A stretch of DNA of 64,000 nt from Stegostoma tigrinum (GCF_030684315.1 NC_081381.1:29871514-29935513), one strand, 5' to 3'; positions 1-13,545 are shown, counted from the first letter of the stretch. Notes: generated by a model from the sequence alone, not told the origin. Translations and numbers: made by a program.

Positions 1-2390
1 CATGGCTCTTCTTATATACTGGGCAACACATTAACAAACTTAGTTGCCCTTCCTTCAAATCTGCATCATAGAGCCCAGAAGTGTCCAGTACACAAGATGG
101 AGCAGAATCAGCGATTTGTACATTTCCAGCTCCTGGACTTGTGCTTGCTCCTTCTTTCTACACAGACCAAGGTGGCACTTACCCCTCATTACCACCATAA
201 CACATTGCACTGGTGTTCAACAAGGTTCTCCCTTAAGATCCACAACTCTTTCCCCACATCATTTCCTGCAGAATGCATCAGATTCTGTTGCTTGCCCAGT
301 CCTTTTCATCAACACCCAAGTTTGATAACTACAAATTGGTCCAAAATACAATTTCCAACTGAACATTATACACCAGAAAGAAGGCCCAGCAACAAATCAC
401 AGGATCCAGTGTTCCAGTCTAGTATCATCGCCTTGACAAGCACCTGTCTTAGCCAAAACCTTACCTACATCCAGGATATGCTATGATTCTAGCACCTTAA
501 GTTTGTGTAAAAATCTTGATTATGGGTCTGTGTGAGAAACTCTTAGGTATTTACCAGCAATAATTTAGGTCACAGTACAATCGCCATTGAGAAAGGCGGC
601 TGTGGGTTCAAGTCCCCTTCACAGGATTCAAGCACTGAGGTCCAGGCTGACATTCTGTGTAGTATTAAGGAAATGCTGCACTGTGGGACAAGCCACCTTT
701 CTCTTAGCTGTTAAAACACTGAGACATGGTCTTCTCCCCACAGTGGACATTAATGATTCCATGATGTCATTTTGAAGAGCAGGAGAAATATCTCCAACAT
801 CCTGGCCAACATCTATCACAACGAATATCACAAAAATAAATGACCTTGCTACTGCTTTTCATGCAACCTTGTCGTGCACAAATTAGCTGCCTCATGTCCT
901 ACATTAGAGGCGTAGGGTCATCACCACCAAGAGCACCTTTTAGCTACTAAATCACACCAGTTAACAAGTACTTATCTACTCTAATCCATTTCTCAGTCCT
1001 TGGACCATAGCCTTGTATGCTATGGCACTTCAAATGATCATCCAAATACTTCTTAAATATGTAGCGGTTCTGTCTTTACCATTCTTTCAAGCAGTAAGCT
1101 CCAGATACCCAGCATCTGTTGGTTGAAAAAGATTCTTCCTTAAATGCTCTCTGAATCTCCTGCCCCTTACCTTAAATCTAAGCCACATGGGTTATGGATT
1201 CTTCCAAGGGGAAAGGTTTCTTCCAATTTTTGATCCTCGATTTTGCATACCATAGTCAGGCTTGGTATTGTATTCTGAGGAGTGATCTATCTAGTCTTCA
1301 TAGGTTAAACACACCTGTTCAAGGAAAATGCTGATGCATCTCTTCTGCACCTCTCTAGGGTAATGACCAGAACTGCACACAACGTTCTAGTTGGGGTCTA
1401 ACTATTATTTTAACCACCTCCAAAATCAACCTCTTTGCTCTTGTATTCAATACCTTGACTAACAGAGGCAAGTGCTTCATCATGTTATCCATCTATCACA
1501 CTGCCTTCAAGGAAGTGTGGACATGCACAGCAAGATCCCTCTGTATTTCTTAGCATCCTAAGAATCGTGTACTCCCTTGTCATTAGTCCTTCCGAACCAC
1601 ATCAACTCGCATTTGTTTTCGATGAAATTTGACATGCAGTTGTTGCGTCCAACTGACCAGCCCATCCAAATCGCCCTGTAGTTAATTAAGGTTTTCCTTA
1701 TTGACATTTGTCACATCTCCAAATTTTGTACGTTCTGTGAACTTACTGATGAAACTTCTTACACTCATGACTAGAATATTAAGGTACAAATGAACCAAAC
1801 ACTGCTGTACATTGTTAGATGCAAAGCTTCTAATCATGAAAACAACCTCCAACCGTCTCCTTTTTCTTCATTCACAAGATGAAGTTGTTGCTGGCCAGCA
1901 GCATTTATCTCCCATCTCTAATGGCCCCCCTCCAGAGGGCAGTTAAGGGCCAACCACATTGCTGTGGGTCTGGAATCACATGCCGGCTAGACCAGGTAAG
2001 GATGGCAGTTTCCTTCCCTAAAGGACCTGCAACCATTTAGCTAATTCTTGAACAATTTACCCTGGATTCCATGGGCTTTACTCCCTTGAGCAGTCTCCCA
2101 TATGAGAGCCTTACCGAAATCCACGTCAGCCACATCCAATGCACTACCTTAATCCATACATCTAGTAATTTCCTCAAAAACTGGGTCAAACCTGTCAGAC
2201 ATTATCATTCCCTGCCAAAGCCATGCTGACAATCCTTGACTGACCCTTGCCTCTCCAAAGAGCTTACGTCCCTGGGGAGTTCTCTTCCAGTAGTTCCTCT
2301 ACCATTGATGGTAGACTCACTGACCTTTAGCTTTCTCCTTTATACGTATCGCCTTTCTCCAACAATGGTACCCACATAAGCTATCCTTCA
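1..2390 (-). mobile_element. Highly degraded CR1 fragments (about 1-500, 900-1860, 2030-2390) with interspersed SINEs
   Basis: Residual CR1 3'/RT-like nucleotide similarity; no intact ORF. Confidence 0.55.
587..905 (+). mobile_element. Deu-domain SINE (SacSINE1/AmnSINE1-like); related antisense copies at about 10670-10940, 55315-55740 and 61040-61370
   Basis: tgctgcactgt..gaagagcagg..cctggccaa.at.tatc..tgcacaaattagctgcc..cctacatta resembles the Deu domain as recalled. Confidence 0.6.
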
Positions 2391-2759
2391 GTCAAACACA
2401 GGAAAAACTGGAGAAACTCAGCAGGTCTGGCAGCATCTGTGGAGAGAAAAAAGGAGAGAGATCTTGAGAAGTGAGCGGTTTTCTCTCCACAAATGCTGCA
2501 CAACCTGCTGAGTACGCCCGGCAATTTAAGAGACTGTCCCCTCCGAAGGACCTCAAAAGTGAAGGGAGCTGGCAGGTCAGGTTTCAGAAATTCACGGAAT
2601 GGTCAAGGAGGTTCTCAACGAGCAGCCACAGCGGGTAAGGATCATGGATGGGGCTGAGATTTGACTGGTTTCTTTTTTCCACATCCATTGGGAGTTCCCG
2701 GTGTCATGACGATTCCTTCAGAGATCACACTCCCGCACTCTCAGTGACAGCCGGAGAGG

Positions 2760-3200
2760 ATGGAGCCAGTGGGGACGGGCTACGGGGGGGTGATGGTGGT
2801 TAGGCCCGGTACCGGGCCACCTCGGGCCTTACTCCCTCCCCTCATCCCCCGCAGGCCCTCGGCATTTACCTCGACATGAAATCCAGTTCCAGCGCCTTCC
2901 GAACGGGATCCTGGCCGAGCAGCTACACCGTGGATCGCCGCTCCTTTCCCCCAAGAAAATGAACCGAATCCCAGCACCGCGGTGAAGCGACGGCGGCGCT
3001 AATATGGCGGCCACGGGCCCGGCCTGGTGCAGCAGCAAAACCCGTCCGGGCGCCCGGCTCGGCCGCTTCTCCCTGGCGGCACCTACCGGATCTACATCAT
3101 GTGCACACACTCCCCCTGGCGGCACCTCCCGAATCTGCACCGCCTGCTCTCTCACTGTCACTCACACTCCCTCTGGCGGCAGCTCCCAGATCCACACTAT
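2760..3200 (-). promoter_or_regulatory. CpG island with YY1-like site and probable first exon (donor AG|GTAAAT at 2870/2869) of an unidentified minus-strand gene
   Basis: Very CpG-rich; AATATGGCGGC (YY1-like) at 3001-3011; the minus strand reads ...ttcATGTCGAG|gtaaat. Confidence 0.6.
3065..3197 (-). promoter_or_regulatory. Three tandem CTCF-like motifs (GCCGCCAGRGRGARK on minus)
   Basis: CTGGCGGCA repeated three times; the middle copy has TGCAG 11 nt upstream of the core. Confidence 0.5.
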
Positions 3201-3310
3201 GTGCTCGCTCCACCTTGCTTCCAGTTTCACAGCACCTTAGGTCACTCATTCACCCTAGCTGCAATTCCCACTCTCACAGCAGTAGCTGTAACATGCGGAT
3301 GGAAACGTCA

Positions 3311-3560
3311 GGGGTAGCACGGTGGCTCAGTGGATAGAACTGCAGCCTCACAGCACCAGGGACGATTCCAGCCTCGGGCTGGAGTTTGCACATTCTCCCC
3401 GTGTCTGCGTGGTTTCCTCCCACAGCCCAAAGTTGTGCCATGCTAAATACTAAATTGCATGTAGTGTTCAGGGAGGTGTGGGTGGGATGGCTCTTCAAGG
3501 GGGAGTGTGGACTTGTTGGCCCAAAGGGCCTGTTTCCACACTGTAGGGAGTCTAATCTAA
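3311..3560 (+). mobile_element. HE1-like (V-SINE) tRNA-derived SINE
   Basis: GCACGGTGGCTCAGTGG A box; GGAGTTTGCACATTCTCCCCGTGTCTGCGTGG V-domain. Confidence 0.8.
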
Positions 3561-5834
3561 AAGCATCCAGTTCACCTCCAAACTAAGCTGACCCCAACAG
3601 ACATAACAAAGTGTGGAGCTTTGAACATGGGTTAGCGTTTGAACATGAACACAGCAGGCCCAGCAGCATCCTGGGAGCACAAAAACTGACGTTTCAGGCC
3701 TCTGCACCCTTCATCAGAACAGATATGTATTGGTTGACAATGTTTGTCAGTTTCATTGCTCACTCTGCACTCGCTCAGCAGGTTTCTGCTGATCTCTTCA
3801 ATCTCACTTGACAAGAAACTCAGTCCCTAAACATTGTTAAAAAACTTCCCTATCAACCCACTAGATAATGCTGATAAAGCGTCACCAGACTCAAAATGCT
3901 GACTGTGATTTCTGTGGATAGGCCTGCTGAGTTTCTCCAGCAACTTGTGTTTTTGTTTCCAACCTACAGCATCCACGGTCCTTTCACTTTAACCCACTGG
4001 ATAGGCCAAGTTGTTTCAATTAGAGCGGAGAAGGATGAAGGATGTCTGAAGTATTGAGGGGGATAGTTGGGAAGAAACCATTTCCCTTAACGGAGAGTCC
4101 CTAACCAGGAAGCAGCGTTTTAAGGTAAGGAGCAGGTTTGGAGGGTATCTGAGGAAAATATTTTTTTACCTGCATGGTTGTGGATGTCTGGAGCTCAATG
4201 CCTGAAACTCAATGCCTGAAAGGATAGGAATCCTCAAGACATTTAAGAACTATTTCAATGAGCAGTTGAAACACCATGCACCAAGACTATGGGCCAGACG
4301 CAGAGAAATGCATTTAGAACAGATGGATGTTTGATAACCAGCGTAGACATGATGGGCCAAAGGGTCTCGTTCTATGCTGTAAAGCTGTATCACCTGTCAG
4401 TCGAATACTCCTCATATATGCTGAAAGTGAGAGTCGAATACATTTAGCACTTTGCATAGCATGGCAGTCACTATTTACAGGGATACCCAACACTGGGTTA
4501 GCTGCATCAGCTCCAGAGGAAGTGGTGGTCTAGTGGTAACGGCACTAGATGAGTAATCCTGCATCCTAGACTCAACCCATAGACATAAGGGTTCATAATC
4601 CCACCACAACAGATGGTGAAAATTAAATCGAAGCTAGCCAAATGATGACTTGATTGATTTTCTAGTACCCTTTATGGAAAGAAATTTGACATTGTCTGGC
4701 CTACTTATGACTCCAGTTCCACACTAATGTGTTTGACTCCTCGGTACCCTCTGAAATGACCTGGCAGGCCCCTCAGTTCAAGGGCTCCCCCAATGATACC
4801 TTCATCCCATGAACGACTAAAGAGAAAACTCAGCCTTCCACAAACTACGGCAGCAAGTGTTTGCCAACAGACACTCTCCATAAATTGACATCAGCTCCCA
4901 AATTCCCTCACGTTCACGGCAAGGTGTTTTTGAGTTGCTTTTCTGATCTGTAAATGCACTCACTGCTCTGAAATGTGCAGCCCAGACAATGGCATAATTC
5001 AGGGCACCACTCCAATTAGCAAAGCCCTCAAACTCAAAACGCTGGGCTGCATCGGATTTTCACTTCAGCACTGACAAGTCTCAAACATCCATGCCCCATG
5101 TGGGAGACGAGCGTGTAACAGATGAATAAGGGTGTGACATAAATTAAGTAAAAGCAAACCCAGAGTAGCAACCCATTCTTGGGACAACCAAATGAATCTC
5201 ACCTTCTCCCTTTCCCAGGGCAGCCAAACAAAGGCCTTTCTACACTGGGTTGTGCATGGGAAGTGGGACTAGCCAAATTACTCTTGCTAGGTGCTAGCTC
5301 AGACACAATGGCTGAAAGATCTCCTGTGCTCTAACCATTCTGATTCTTTTATGATTTCGCACACAGTGATCATGGCAACAGATAAGTATCATGTTCTGGG
5401 TAAACATTAGGCTTATTTTCTGGTTTTTTTTCTACCTGAGCTTCTGGTTGAAGTTTGGGTTGGAATAAGCTGTGTGGCCCTTCGGGTCTGCTCCACCATT
5501 CACTATGATTATGGCCGATAATCTAACTCATAATATCTGTTCCTGCTTTCCCACTGTATCCTTTGATCTCTTTGGCCCCAAACTCCTCCTTGAACTCACA
5601 ACTCTTGGCCTTAACTGCTTTCTGTGGTAGTGAATTCTACAGGCTTGTCACTGGGTGAGGAAATTTCTCACCTCAAGGCTAATTGGTTTACTCATTATCC
5701 TTACACTGTGACTTCTGGACTCCCTCACCATCAAGAACATCCTTCCTTCATCTACCCTATCTAATCCCAATAGAATTTTATAGGATTCTATGAGATCCCC
5801 CTCATTCTTCTGAATTCTGGTGAATATAATCCTG

Positions 5835-6693
5835 AAAATTGGAGGTGTAGAGGACAGCGAAGGTTACCTCCAGGTACAAAGGACCTTAAATCAGATGGGC
5901 CAATGGGCTGAGGAGTGGCAGATGAAGTTTAATTTAGATGTACTGTATTTTGAAAAGGTAAATCAGTGCAGGATTTATACACTTAATAGGAAGGTCCTGG
6001 GGAGTGTCGCTGAACAAAGAGACCTTGGAATCCAGGTTCATAGTTCCCTGAAAGTGGAGTCACAGGTAGATAGGACAGTGAAGAGGCATTTGGCACGCTT
6101 GCGTTTATTGGACAGTGTTGAGTACAGGAGGTCACATTGTGGCTGTCCAGGACATTGGTGAGGCAACTTTTGGAATAGAGTGTTCAATTCTGGTCATTCT
6201 GCAATAGGAAGAATGCTATGAAACTTGAAAGGGTTCAGAAAAGATTTCGGAGGATGTTCCCAGGGTTGGAGAGTTTGAGATATAGGGACAGGCTGAATAG
6301 GCTGGGGATATTTTCCCTGGAGTATTGGTGACCGAGGGATGACCTTTTCGAGGTTTATAAAATCATGAGGGACATGGATAGGGTAAACACACAAGGTGGG
6401 GGAGTCCAAAACTAGAGGGCTTAGGTTAAGGTGAGAAGGGAAAGATTTAAAGACTGCCCAAGAGGTAACTTTTTCATGAAGAGGGTGGTTTGTGTATGGA
6501 ATGAGCTGTCAGAAGAGATGGTGGAGGTGGATATAATTACAATATTTAAAAAGCACCAGGATGGGTACATGAACAGGACTGATATAGAAGGATATGGGCT
6601 AAACGCTGGCAAATGGGTCTAGATTTATTTACAATACCTGGTCAGTACAGATGAGTTGGACCAAAGGGTCTGTTTCCAATCTGTATGACTATG
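5835..6693 (+). mobile_element. CR1 3' region inserted into an antisense CR1 fragment (5460-5818, 6697-6860)
   Basis: WAEEWQMKFNLD; FFMKRVVCVWNEL. Confidence 0.85.
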
Positions 6694-8750
6694 ATCCAAC
6701 CTCTCCTCAGTTTGGTAAACCTTCACTGCACTCCCTCTATAGCAAAAACATCCTTCCTCAGATAACAGACCAAAACTGCACACAATACTCCAGAAGTGGG
6801 CTCACCAAGGTCCTGTATAATGGCACTGAAACATCCCTGCTTCTGAATTCCTTCAATAGATAATCCAGAAACTCCACTCCACTGCAATCCTTTTGACACA
6901 CATCTCAAGTCTCAATGGACCAGTCTAGAGGCATGATGTGGTCACTAGTGGACATGAATCTCAAACATCTGTGCTATTATGTGTTTGTGAGCCTTCCGGT
7001 TCCAAATACAAGCTGACTCGGTAGCTCAGATATCCAGATAGAAACCTTCATCTCGGGCTTCCATCCAGGACAGCAACATACCTCAATACTGTAGAGATAA
7101 GCTTCAGGAACCGAACTCAGGATCTGTGACTCTTCTCTGTGGATTGTGTGATCTGTGTGTATTGAGCAACCATTGGTTCTTGACACTTACCTCGCAGCCA
7201 GGCAAATCTTTCATGAGTGAATCATTTGAAATTTCAAACCGCATTCCCTCTTAGCAGGACAGAGGTTTAGAACATCATTGCTAAGTTGAAAGCAAGAGGT
7301 ATTTTCCATAGGCTTGGGGACTTCAAAACTAGGGGGTGTAACTTTGGGGTGAGAGGAGCAAGATTTAATAGGGACATGAGAGGCAATCTTTCATACACAG
7401 GATGGTTTGTACATGGAATGACCTGCCAGAGGAGGTGGTAGATGCAGGTGTACAGTTACAATATTTAAGAGACACAAAAACAAATTGCTGAAAAGCTCAG
7501 GACTGGCAACCCTTCCTCAGAATATTTAAAAGGCATTTGGACAGGTACATGGATGGGAGGAAGGTTTTGGGGGATATGGGGCAAATGGGACTAGTTCAAT
7601 TTGGGAAACTGGGTTGGCACAGACAAGTTGAACCAAAGAACATAAGAACCAGGAGCAGCAGTAGGCTACCTGGCCCTTTGAGCCTGTTCCACCATTAATA
7701 AGTTCATGGCTGATCTTTTCATGGCCTCAGTTCCAGTTACCCACCATCTCACCATAACCTTTACAAGCGTCTGTTTCCATGCTGTACGACAATTATGAAG
7801 AAGGAACAAGAACGGAGATATGGGTAGAGGTGGTGAGGGATACAGAAACAGCAAAACTTTCACGGAGTGGAGCAGAAGAGAAAGTAGGCAGAGAGGAGGC
7901 TAAACAAAAGCAAACAATGGAATAGGAAAGCTGAGGGAACGAGACAGAGGTGCTAACAGAGGGCAGACATAGACGGAGAGAACGGACAGAGATCAGTGCA
8001 AGATTGGACACAGGCCCATGGGGAGGGGGTGGGGAGGCAGGAGAAGATGCACATTCACTTAGTGAAGAGGGAGAATCTGATTTTTGTTTTGTTTAGAACA
8101 TGCAATACTTCTAGCAATTTCAAAAAAATTCTTGCTGTCAATCTCTGCAAATTTCAGTGATCAAACTGTGTCCAGGCTGACTAAACAAAAAAAAAGGTCC
8201 AATTTACTCACATCATCCAGTTTCTTTGTCCCATAACCCACATTTTACCTCTTCACGTACTGGTTACATTTCTGAAGCGTCCCAGGGAATTTGCTTCCAG
8301 AGGAATGGTATCCCAACTGAACGACCGTCTGTTTAAAAGAAAATCCAATTTCCACTCTTCCTTCAATGGTTTCAGATTTGTGACCACAGTTGAGGGCTGA
8401 CTTCCTGGATGGTCAGCAGCTGTAATTGTTGGAGTTACTTGGAGTTAGCCCGACTTAAGACTGCCAGGTCACAGCTCTCTTCAAGAAATAATGTCCTAGC
8501 CAACATAACTTTGAAGGAAAATATCCAACTACAACAGGCCTCATGTCCACAGACATTCTCGCACTACTGAAGCATTTTAACTCAGTTACACTGATGCTTT
8601 ACGAGAGGCATTATGTAAAAGATGCATTGAGTTTGATAGACCAGGAGTGTGTCACACATCATAAAAGGACAGCCAGTGAGTAAATGTAGCATAACAATTT
8701 ACAGTTTGGGTTAAGTTGTAAACAGTATTGGAAAGGAACAACGAGGTTGT

Positions 8751-8771
8751 GGGGGGGGGGGGGGGGGGGGG
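8751..8771 (+). repeat. Poly-G tract (21 G)
   Basis: Seen directly. Confidence 0.95.
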
Positions 8772-9029
8772 CGGTTTCTTAGACAAGGATATTTACAATC
8801 TGACAAATAGGGTTCTGATGAAATCCCCCACTTGCTGTACTATGGTTACATAGCTGCATATTCACTCATTCCACAGCAGGAGAAAAATCACCCCTTCAAC
8901 CCCACTCACTTGGAATTGGCCACATTCCTCAGGAGGATTTCCAAGTCTTCACTCTCCAGCCAGTATGCCTAGCTCTGTTCGAGCCTCCTCTCCCTCACCC
9001 AACAAACTGCTGCATTTCAATATAAAAAC

Positions 9030-9035
9030 TTTATT
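9030..9035 (-). terminator. Candidate MRPL20 polyadenylation signal AATAAA
   Basis: TTTATT on the plus strand, about 160 nt downstream of the MRPL20 stop. Confidence 0.6.
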
Positions 9036-9193
9036 CAAAGAATTCCGCACATAATTATCAATCACTAGAGTCAAGCCCATAAAGTGACTGAAAATCTTGA
9101 GAGAGACAAGCGTCTGTCATAAATGTTCTGTTCAAGTGGCAGCAAAGTCAGTCATGGTGAGAAGTATTTGCAGAAAGTATTCACTTTCCTTCC

Positions 9194-9367
9194 TTAGTTT
9201 GAATGTACAATGCGAGAAAATATACCATTGGGCTCTCGGCCATCACCCAGTGCATCGTGGAAGCCTTCTTCCCTCCTTCGCTTGGCCAGTGCTGCCAGGG
9301 ATTTGAACGTCTTTGGTTCATATATGGCCAAATCTGAAAGGACTTTCCTGTTTAATTCCACCTGACA
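9194..9367 (-). CDS. MRPL20: MRPL20 exon 4 ([57 protein letters not shown])
   Basis: tttaatAG acceptor, 174 nt to TAA. The four exons sum to 450 nt = 149 aa plus stop. Confidence 0.96.
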   Translation of the reverse strand, partial: CQVELNRKVLSDLAIYEPKTFKSLAALAKRRREEGFHDALGDGREPNGIFSRIVHSN

Positions 9368-9475
9368 CTATTAAACATAAAAACAAGCATTTTAGTGGCA
9401 GAAAAGCAACCTGCACAATTTTCAAAAGTCCCCTTTTGCTTTTAAGTCTCAGGCTATAAATAGTAAAATAGCACG

Positions 9476-9795
9476 GCCAGCACGGTGGCTCAGTGGTTAG
9501 CACCGCAGTCTCACGGCACCAGGGACCCAGGTTCAATTCCACCCACAGGGTGTTTGGAGTTTGCACATTCTCCTTGTGTCTGCATAGGTTTCGTCCGGGT
9601 GCTCCAGTTTCCTCCCACAGTCCAGGCTAGGTGGGTTGGCTATGCTAAATTGCCCAGAGTGCCCAGGGATGTTTAGGTTAGGTGGGTTAGACAAGGGAAA
9701 TGCAGGGTTGGAGGAATGGGTCTAGGTGGGATGCTCTTCAGAGGGGTGGTGTGGACTGAATAGCCTGGATCCACACGATAGAGTTTCTATGATTT
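9476..9795 (+). mobile_element. HE1-like (V-SINE) SINE in MRPL20 intron 3
   Basis: A and B boxes (GTGGCTCAGTGG, GGTTCAATTCC) and V-domain. Confidence 0.85.
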
Positions 9796-11072
9796 CTGTA
9801 AATACTGGGAAGTATTGGCAATATATAGTAAAGTTGCCATAGAGCTGCTCTCTCATTAAAGAGAGACAGTTGATGTAGTTTAACCCACATGTCACCATGC
9901 TTCTGGAGGGGACAGGTTGCAAAGGAGGGTTCTCCATGGTAACCATAGCTGGGTGTGGGAATTTGTTGATTTAGCCACACTAGCTAAACCCGCTCAGTGC
10001 ACTGTGACACTCAATTCAAAAATACACAGAAAAGGCCCACATCAAGCATGGTCAAACACCAACTCTATTTTGCTGCTAATCTTGGAAAACTGCCAATGGT
10101 TTTGGTCCTTGACACTTGACTGCACTACGTTCAAACTGCACCTCTGTTTCAGCAAGCATGAGGCAGACTATGCTCTGGGCCTTCAGGACATTTTCTGTCA
10201 ATGACACCTTGGCAATATTTATGTCTGCCTGTATCAACTCCTTGCTGTAGTCCTGCTCAGCGTGCCCCACAATGCGTCCGTCTCAGAGAGTGAGCAGCTC
10301 ATGTCAATGCTCTCGAAAGAACACTAGATACACAATAAGAAACTGAATGGATTGATTTGTGGTTCTGATCTTAACCGTTATTTCTAAGCTGTAACTGGGA
10401 ATTCCTTCTAAGCATATCGCCCAAGACTTTACAAAGCTATGAAGTCAATGCCATTCAGTGAGATCTGTTTTGTTTAAAGTTAATACACAAGATGGAACAA
10501 AATAAGTGATAGCTCCCTGGTCTGCTGTTTACTTTAGCCTTCCTGCACTTTACATAGCAGAAAGATGAGCCACATACAAGACTTCCTACCTTCATGTTGC
10601 CCATGTATCCTGAAGCTCTTCAAAAGGAAGTAAATTATTTTATTTGGAAGCAGAAAGCCTCTTGCTCTCCAAACCATAGTTGCTGGCAGTGAGCACTCAG
10701 CAAGATCCCAAAGCAGCAAACTGGGTTAATGATTGATTGATCTGTTTCAGTAAGGATTTTCTTCTCAGGGTAACTGTTGACCAAGGCACTGGGAGAACTT
10801 CCACATTGTTGTTCAGTTCTGTCAGTTGGGGTTGTCTGACACTGTGGGGAAGAGACAGTGCCTCTGACATGTCCTCGGTTGATGTGGCAGCTAGATTGTG
10901 TGTTCCAGGCCTGAATGGGCCTAGACTCCACAAGGTGCTTGCTCCCAACGAAACAAACGTAATGTTCCGCTCAAGAGACTCCTCTACGGCTTGAATGAAA
11001 TTTAAACCATTTATCCTTGGAATTTGACAAAGTCAGTCAAGTTCATTAAAATGTTTAAACATGCAACCTCAC

Positions 11073-11150
11073 CTTAACCAGGTTACTGATCAAAATAGGG
11101 TACTTCAGTCCGTGCTCCCGTGATGCAGCTGCTATCCTGTTTATCCAAAG
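11073..11150 (-). CDS. MRPL20: MRPL20 exon 3 ([26 protein letters not shown])
   Basis: ctgttttcAG acceptor, 78 nt, GTGAGG donor; LWINRI motif. Confidence 0.96.
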
Positions 11151-11284
11151 CTGAAAACAGAACAAAACATTTTTCGAGAACTCCTTTGAACAGTGCCCCT
11201 TCCTATTGATTCAGGGTGTTTACGGCATGTACCTTTTGAATGGAAATCAGCTCATTCAATCATCTTCCTAGTCTGTAAAAACTG

Positions 11285-11465
11285 AAAACAAAAAACTGTG
11301 GATGCTGGAAATCAGAAACAAGAACGGAAATTGCTGGAAAAGCTCAGCAGGTCTGGCGGCATCTATGGAGAGAAGTTAGAATTAACGTTTTGGGTCCAGT
11401 GACTCTTCCTCGGAATATATGCTGTCAGACCTGGTGAGCTTTTCCAGCAACTTCATGTTTTGTCT
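11285..11465. mobile_element. Palindromic mini-element of a third PLE-like 3'-end family (related copies at about 2393-2525, 3880-3990, 27600-27728, 31370-31470, 60567-60670)
   Basis: gctggaaaagctcagcaggtctggcggcat / atgctgtcagacctggtgagcttttccagc arms; degenerate CTGAnGA-AGGGTC-ACTG-GACCC-GAAAC motif. Confidence 0.7.
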
Positions 11466-12804
11466 CTTCCTATTTGAGTTTGTTCTGATGATTTAAAATA
11501 CATCATCCACTTCACACTGGTTTGGGTTCACTTAAGATGCAGTTCTCATGCAGTAAGTAATTCAGGTTTGTATTTACATTAGAATGGGACAGCCTTGTGC
11601 AACAGGTGGGCTACAGCAGCTGGGGATGGGCAACAGATGCAAGCCCACTTCCTACTAACCTCTACTCACCAGCCCTCTTAAAACAGACACGCAATAACCA
11701 GGAACAATGCTTAACAGCTACCTGCTGAGGACAGGTGAGGCAGACTAGGGAGGGGACAACTAACTGCAATTAACCATGGAAGGGAAGGATGGTATCAAAT
11801 AGAAAGGGAAAAATAAGGTGGCAAAGGTAAGTTGTACGCAAGAGGTTTCAGAAAGTTGTAAAAATAACCAAAACATAACAAAAAGAAAATACACTGACAA
11901 CAAACTAGCAAGTAATATAGAAACTAACAGTAAGAATTTCTATAAATTTATAAAAAGGATGATAGAGACCAAAGCAGACCTAAGTCCTTTAAACAATGAG
12001 GCTGGGAAAATAATAATGGGAAACCACGAAATGGCAAAGCAGTTGAATAAGTACTTTGCATCAGTCTTCACAGGGTGGACATTAATAGCACTCGAAAATT
12101 ACTTAATAATCATGGAGCTAAATGTGGAAGGAGGGGCAGGAAGAGGAGGAGGAAATAACTACGTTATCATGAGAGAAATAAAAAGACTCAGGCAGAAAAA
12201 AAAAGGATGAAAGCCCAATAACACCCCTGGCCCTGATGGGTTACATCCTACAACTTTAAAAAGTTAACAAAGATATTGAGTGCGCTCTGGTAATCTTCCA
12301 AGAATCTTTAGATTTGGGAAAATCCCAGACAATTGGGAAACTGCCACAGTAATACCCTTATTACAGGGATAGAGAGAAAAATCAGGAGGCTATAGGTCAA
12401 TGAGCTTACCATCTGTCACTGGGAAAGCGTTAAGTGTCTACAATAAAGGATACAAAATGAAATTAAACAGAGTCAGCATGGTTTCGTGAAGGGGAAATCA
12501 CACCAGACACATTTATTGCAGCTATTTCAGGAGACAGAAAGAAGTTTAGGTAAAAGTGATCCAGTAGATGTTATAGAGTCATAGAATTGTACAGCACTGA
12601 AACAGATCCTTTGATCCAACCCGTCCATGCTGGCCAAATATCTTAGATAAATTTAGTTCCATTTGCCAGCTTTTGGCCCATATCTCTCTAAACCCTTCCC
12701 ATTCATCTACGTATCCAAATGACTTTTAAATGTAGTTGTACCAGCCTCTAACACTTTCTTTGATGGCTCATTCCATACATGTACTATCCTCGGCATGAAA
12801 AAGT

Positions 12805-13545
12805 TACACTGCATCCACTGTACCCGGTGCGGCTTCCTCTACATTGGGGAAACCAAGCGGAGGCTTGGGGACCGCTTTGCAGAACACCTCCGCTCGGTTC
12901 GCAATAAACAACTGCATCTCCCAGTCACAAACCATTTCCACTCCCCCTCCCATTCTTTAGATGACATGTCCATCGTGGGCCTCCTGCAGTGCCACAATGA
13001 TGCCACCCGAAGGTTGCAGGAACAGCAACTCATATTCCGCCAGGGAACCCTGCAGCCTAATGGTATTAATTTGGACTTCACCAGCTTCAAAGTCTCCCCT
13101 TCCCCCTCCGCATCCCAAAACCAGCCCAGTTCTTCCCCTCCCCCCACTGCACCACACAATCAGCCCAGCTCTTCCCCCCCACCCACTGCATCCCAAAACC
13201 AGTCCAATCTGTCTCTGCCTCCCTAACCTGTTCTTCCTCTCACCCATCCCTTCCTCCCACCCCAAGCCGCACCTCCATCTCCGACCTACTAACCTCATCT
13301 CACCTCCTTGACCGGTCCGTCTTCCCTGGACTGATCTATCCCCTCCCTACCTCCCCACCTATACTCTCCTCTCCACCTATCTTCTTTTCTCTCCATCTTC
13401 GGTCCGCCTCCCCCTCTCTATTTATTCCAGAACCCTCACCCCATCCCCCTCTCTGATGAAGGGTCTAGGCCCGAAACGTCAGCTTTTGTGTTCCTGAGAT
13501 GCTGCTGGGCCTGCTGTGTTCATCCAGCCTCACATTTCATTACAA
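12805..13545 (+). mobile_element. Neptune-like PLE 3' fragment (GIY-YIG, 3' UTR and hammerhead) in MRPL20 intron 2
   Basis: Near-identical to 19270-20010; YIGETKRRLGDRFAEH motif. Confidence 0.9.
13453..13480 (+). ncRNA. Minimal hammerhead ribozyme motif (PLE family A)
   Basis: Identical to 19921-19948. Confidence 0.75.

Noticed and set aside
3004-3240. Plus-strand ORF MAATGPAW... as the CCNL2 start
   Set aside because: No cyclin-L similarity, wrong orientation for the expected synteny, and no clear donor; the ATGGCGGC is explained by a YY1-like motif.
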